Below, piece after piece: positions 61,685-64,000 of a DNA stretch of 64,000 nt (its first letter is position 1; each line of letters starts with the position of its first letter). Location: positions 12,278,001-12,342,000 of the forward strand of contig NC_087437.1 in the NCBI RefSeq assembly GCF_036321535.1, written 5' to 3'. The translations under genes were made by a program, and so were the position numbers. The notes beneath the pieces were generated by a model that worked only from the letters and a program-made list of their open reading frames with translations, was not told where the DNA came from and ran no database searches. Source of the stretch: Camelus dromedarius (lineage: Eukaryota).

Positions 61685-63518
61685 TAGTTGACCCTTGAAC
61701 AACACAAGTTTGAACGGCATGAGTCCACTCATATACAGATTTTTTTCAATAAATGTAGTCAAAAATTCTTTGGAGATTTGCAGCAACTTGAAAAAAGCTC
61801 ACAAACAAATTGCATTGCCTAGAAGTATCGAAAAAAATAAGAAAAAGGTGTTATGAATGCATAAAATACATGTAGATACTAATCTTTTTCATTATTTGTT
61901 ACCATAAATATATACAAATCTATCATAAAAAGTTAAAATATATCAAAACTTATGCACACACTTACATGGCACCATTCACAGTCAAGAGATTTGTAAACAA
62001 CTGTAAAGATGCAATATTAAATCATAACTGTGTAAAATTAACTCTAGTGTACACTGTACCACTGTAATAACTTGAGAGCCACCTCCTGTTGCTATCGTGG
62101 CGAGCTCAAGTGATGCGAGTATCCATGGGACATTCATCATCTCTGTGTAAACATTTCATCTCTCCAGGAAACTGTGTGTCTATCAAAGTAAAAAGTGGTC
62201 TCTCTAGGGCCTCCCCTACTTTTCATTGTGTTTACTGCAATACTGTAAACCTTTGAATAACACCATGAGAACCAAAAAGTACCACTAGTGATGCTGGAAA
62301 TGCTCCCAAGAAGCAGAGAAAAGTCATGACATTACCAGAAAATGTTGAAATGCTTGATAAGGTCCGTAGGCTGAGGTCCACAGTTGCAGTTGCCACCATT
62401 TCATGATAAATGAATCCAACATAAGAACCACTGTAAAAACAGAAAAAGAAATTTGTAGAGCCATCACCACAGATACACCAGCAGGCATGAAAACCTTGCA
62501 CTTCTTGTGAAATACTTTTTTATCTCATATTGAAAATGCAACTTTTATATGGGTGAAGGATTGCTATAAGAAAGACACACCTATAGACCCCAATACGATT
62601 TTGAGAAAAAGCAAAGTCATTATGTGACAACCTAAAGTGAAAAGAAGGTGAAGCGTCTAAAACTGAAGAATTTAAAGCCAGCACATAGTGGTTTTAGAAA
62701 GAGGTTTGGCTTAAAAAATGTCAAGATGAGAGGAGAAGCGGCTCTGCCCACCAAGAGGCAGCAGATCTGTTCCCAGTCTCCATTAAGAAAATCACTGAGA
62801 AAATCTCTCTGAATAGTTTTTAATGCAGATAGAAGTACCCTATTCTGAGGGTTTAAAAAAAAAAACACAATGGGCAAAGGAAGAGAAGTGAGCACCAGGA
62901 TTTAAGGCAGGAAGGTATAGGCTAACTCTGCAGTCGGGTTATGGTCTGAACTGCCCTCATCTATAAAGCTGCTGCTCACCCCTAAGCCTTAGGGAGAAAA
63001 GATAAACAGCAGCTGCCAGTCTTTAGGCTGTAGGACAAGAAGACCTAGACAACAAGGACACTTTTTCTGTATTGGTTCCGTCGTTGATTTGTCCTTGAAG
63101 TTAGGAAGCACCTTGCCAGTAAGGGACTGCCTTTTAAAGTTCTTTTGATATTAGACAATGCCCCTGGCCACCCAGAACCTATGAGTTCAACACTGAACGT
63201 GTCGAAGTGGTCTGCTTGCTCCCAAACACAACGCCTCTAACTCTGCTTCATAAGGACCTTGAAGGCTCATTACACATGGTACTCCATGGAAAAGACTGTC
63301 AACGCTATGGAAGAGAACCTGACAGAGAGAACACTGTGAAAGTCTGGGAGGATCATGCCATCGAAGGTGCCATTGTTGTTATAGTAAAAGCTGTGAAAGC
63401 CATCAAGCTGGAAACAATAAATTCCTGCTGGAGAAAACTATGTCCAGATGTTGTGCATGACTTCATAGGAGTTACGACAGAGCCAATCAAGGATATCATG
63501 AAAGAGATTGTGGATATG

Positions 63519-63551
<33 letters not shown>

Positions 63552-64000
63552 TGAGACTGGCTGGGAGTGGGGACTTGGGGGGTGGAGGGTGTCAAGGTAA
63601 GGATCTTGGAGAAATTCAAGAACTGACAGACACCATACCAGAGGAATTAACAGAAGATGACCTGACATTGGTGCATGCTTCTGAACCAGTGCCAGACAAT
63701 AAGGAGGAAGACGTAGAAGCAGTGCCAGAAAACAAAATGACATTAGAGAACCTGGCAGAAGGGCTCCGATTATTCAAGACCGCTTTTGACTTCCTTTACA
63801 GCATGGACTCTTCTATGAGATGAGCACTGAAACTAAAGCAAACAGAGGAAGGATTGGTACCATACAGAGACATTTTTAGAGATATGAAAAAGCAAAGAAG
63901 TCAGAATTTACAACGTACTTCTATAAAGTTACACCGAGAGTACCTGCTCTCCTGCCTCCCAGTCACGTCCTCCTCCATCACTCTCACCTCTGTCACCCCG
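61685..64000 (+). mobile_element. Tigger2 (pogo family) DNA transposon, near full length, running off the window end
   Basis: Left TIR TA|TAGTTGACCCTTGAACAACAC followed by a decayed transposase. Confidence 0.9.
62265..63990 (+). pseudogene. Tigger/pogo transposase remnant
   Basis: N-terminal SDAGNAPKKQRKVMTLPENVEMLD (CENP-B-type HTH). DDE-region motifs FNADRSTLF (about 62820-62845) and VLLILDNAPGHP (about 63139-63174), plus ETINSCWRKLCPD. Multiple stops, frameshifts and a (CA)n insertion at 63520-63547. Confidence 0.88.

Larger units (their letters stand above)
9762..64000 (+). other. RARB: Part of the very large RARB intron downstream of the beta1-specific exon
   Basis: Starts with GTAAGT. 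I see no sequence encoding the next RARB segment (IETQSTSSEELVPSPPSP.../zinc fingers) and no beta2-specific exon or promoter in the remaining 54 kb, which is repeat-rich. Confidence 0.85.

Noticed and set aside
1..64000. CRISPR arrays, operons, rRNA/snRNA genes, endogenous viral ORFs or foreign inserts
   Set aside because: None seen. Composition and repeats are consistent with ordinary mammalian intronic DNA throughout.

Overview
Mammalian genomic DNA, very probably camelid (three tRNA-derived Vic-1-type SINEs). The window lies inside the RARB (retinoic acid receptor beta) gene on the + strand. I can support one protein-coding exon: about 9302-9761, CDS 9584-9761. It encodes the isoform-specific N-terminal A region of RAR-beta1 (MTTSSHACHVPAVSGHMTHYPAAPYPLLFPPVIGGLSLPPLHGLHGHPPPSGCSTPSPA) and ends in a phase-1 A|GTAAGT donor. 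Everything else looks intronic. It includes a decayed full-length L1 with TSD (30765-36920), many L1/HAL1/L2/L3/MIR fragments, solo LTRs, hAT and Tigger/mariner fossils (including a Tigger2 with transposase remnant at the right edge), microsatellites, and several repeat-free, motif-rich blocks that may be enhancers. I found no convincing wholly new biological system. The best leads are: two uORFs, a second donor exactly 81 nt downstream and a PBX-HOX site around the RARB exon; nuclear-receptor-type direct repeats in the intron; possible exonisation of an antisense Vic-1 SINE; a 19-nt L1 twin-priming micro-inversion; and three L1 copies sharing nearly the same 5' truncation point. Repeat names and reference protein sequences are from memory, not from a database search, and boundaries of old repeats are approximate.
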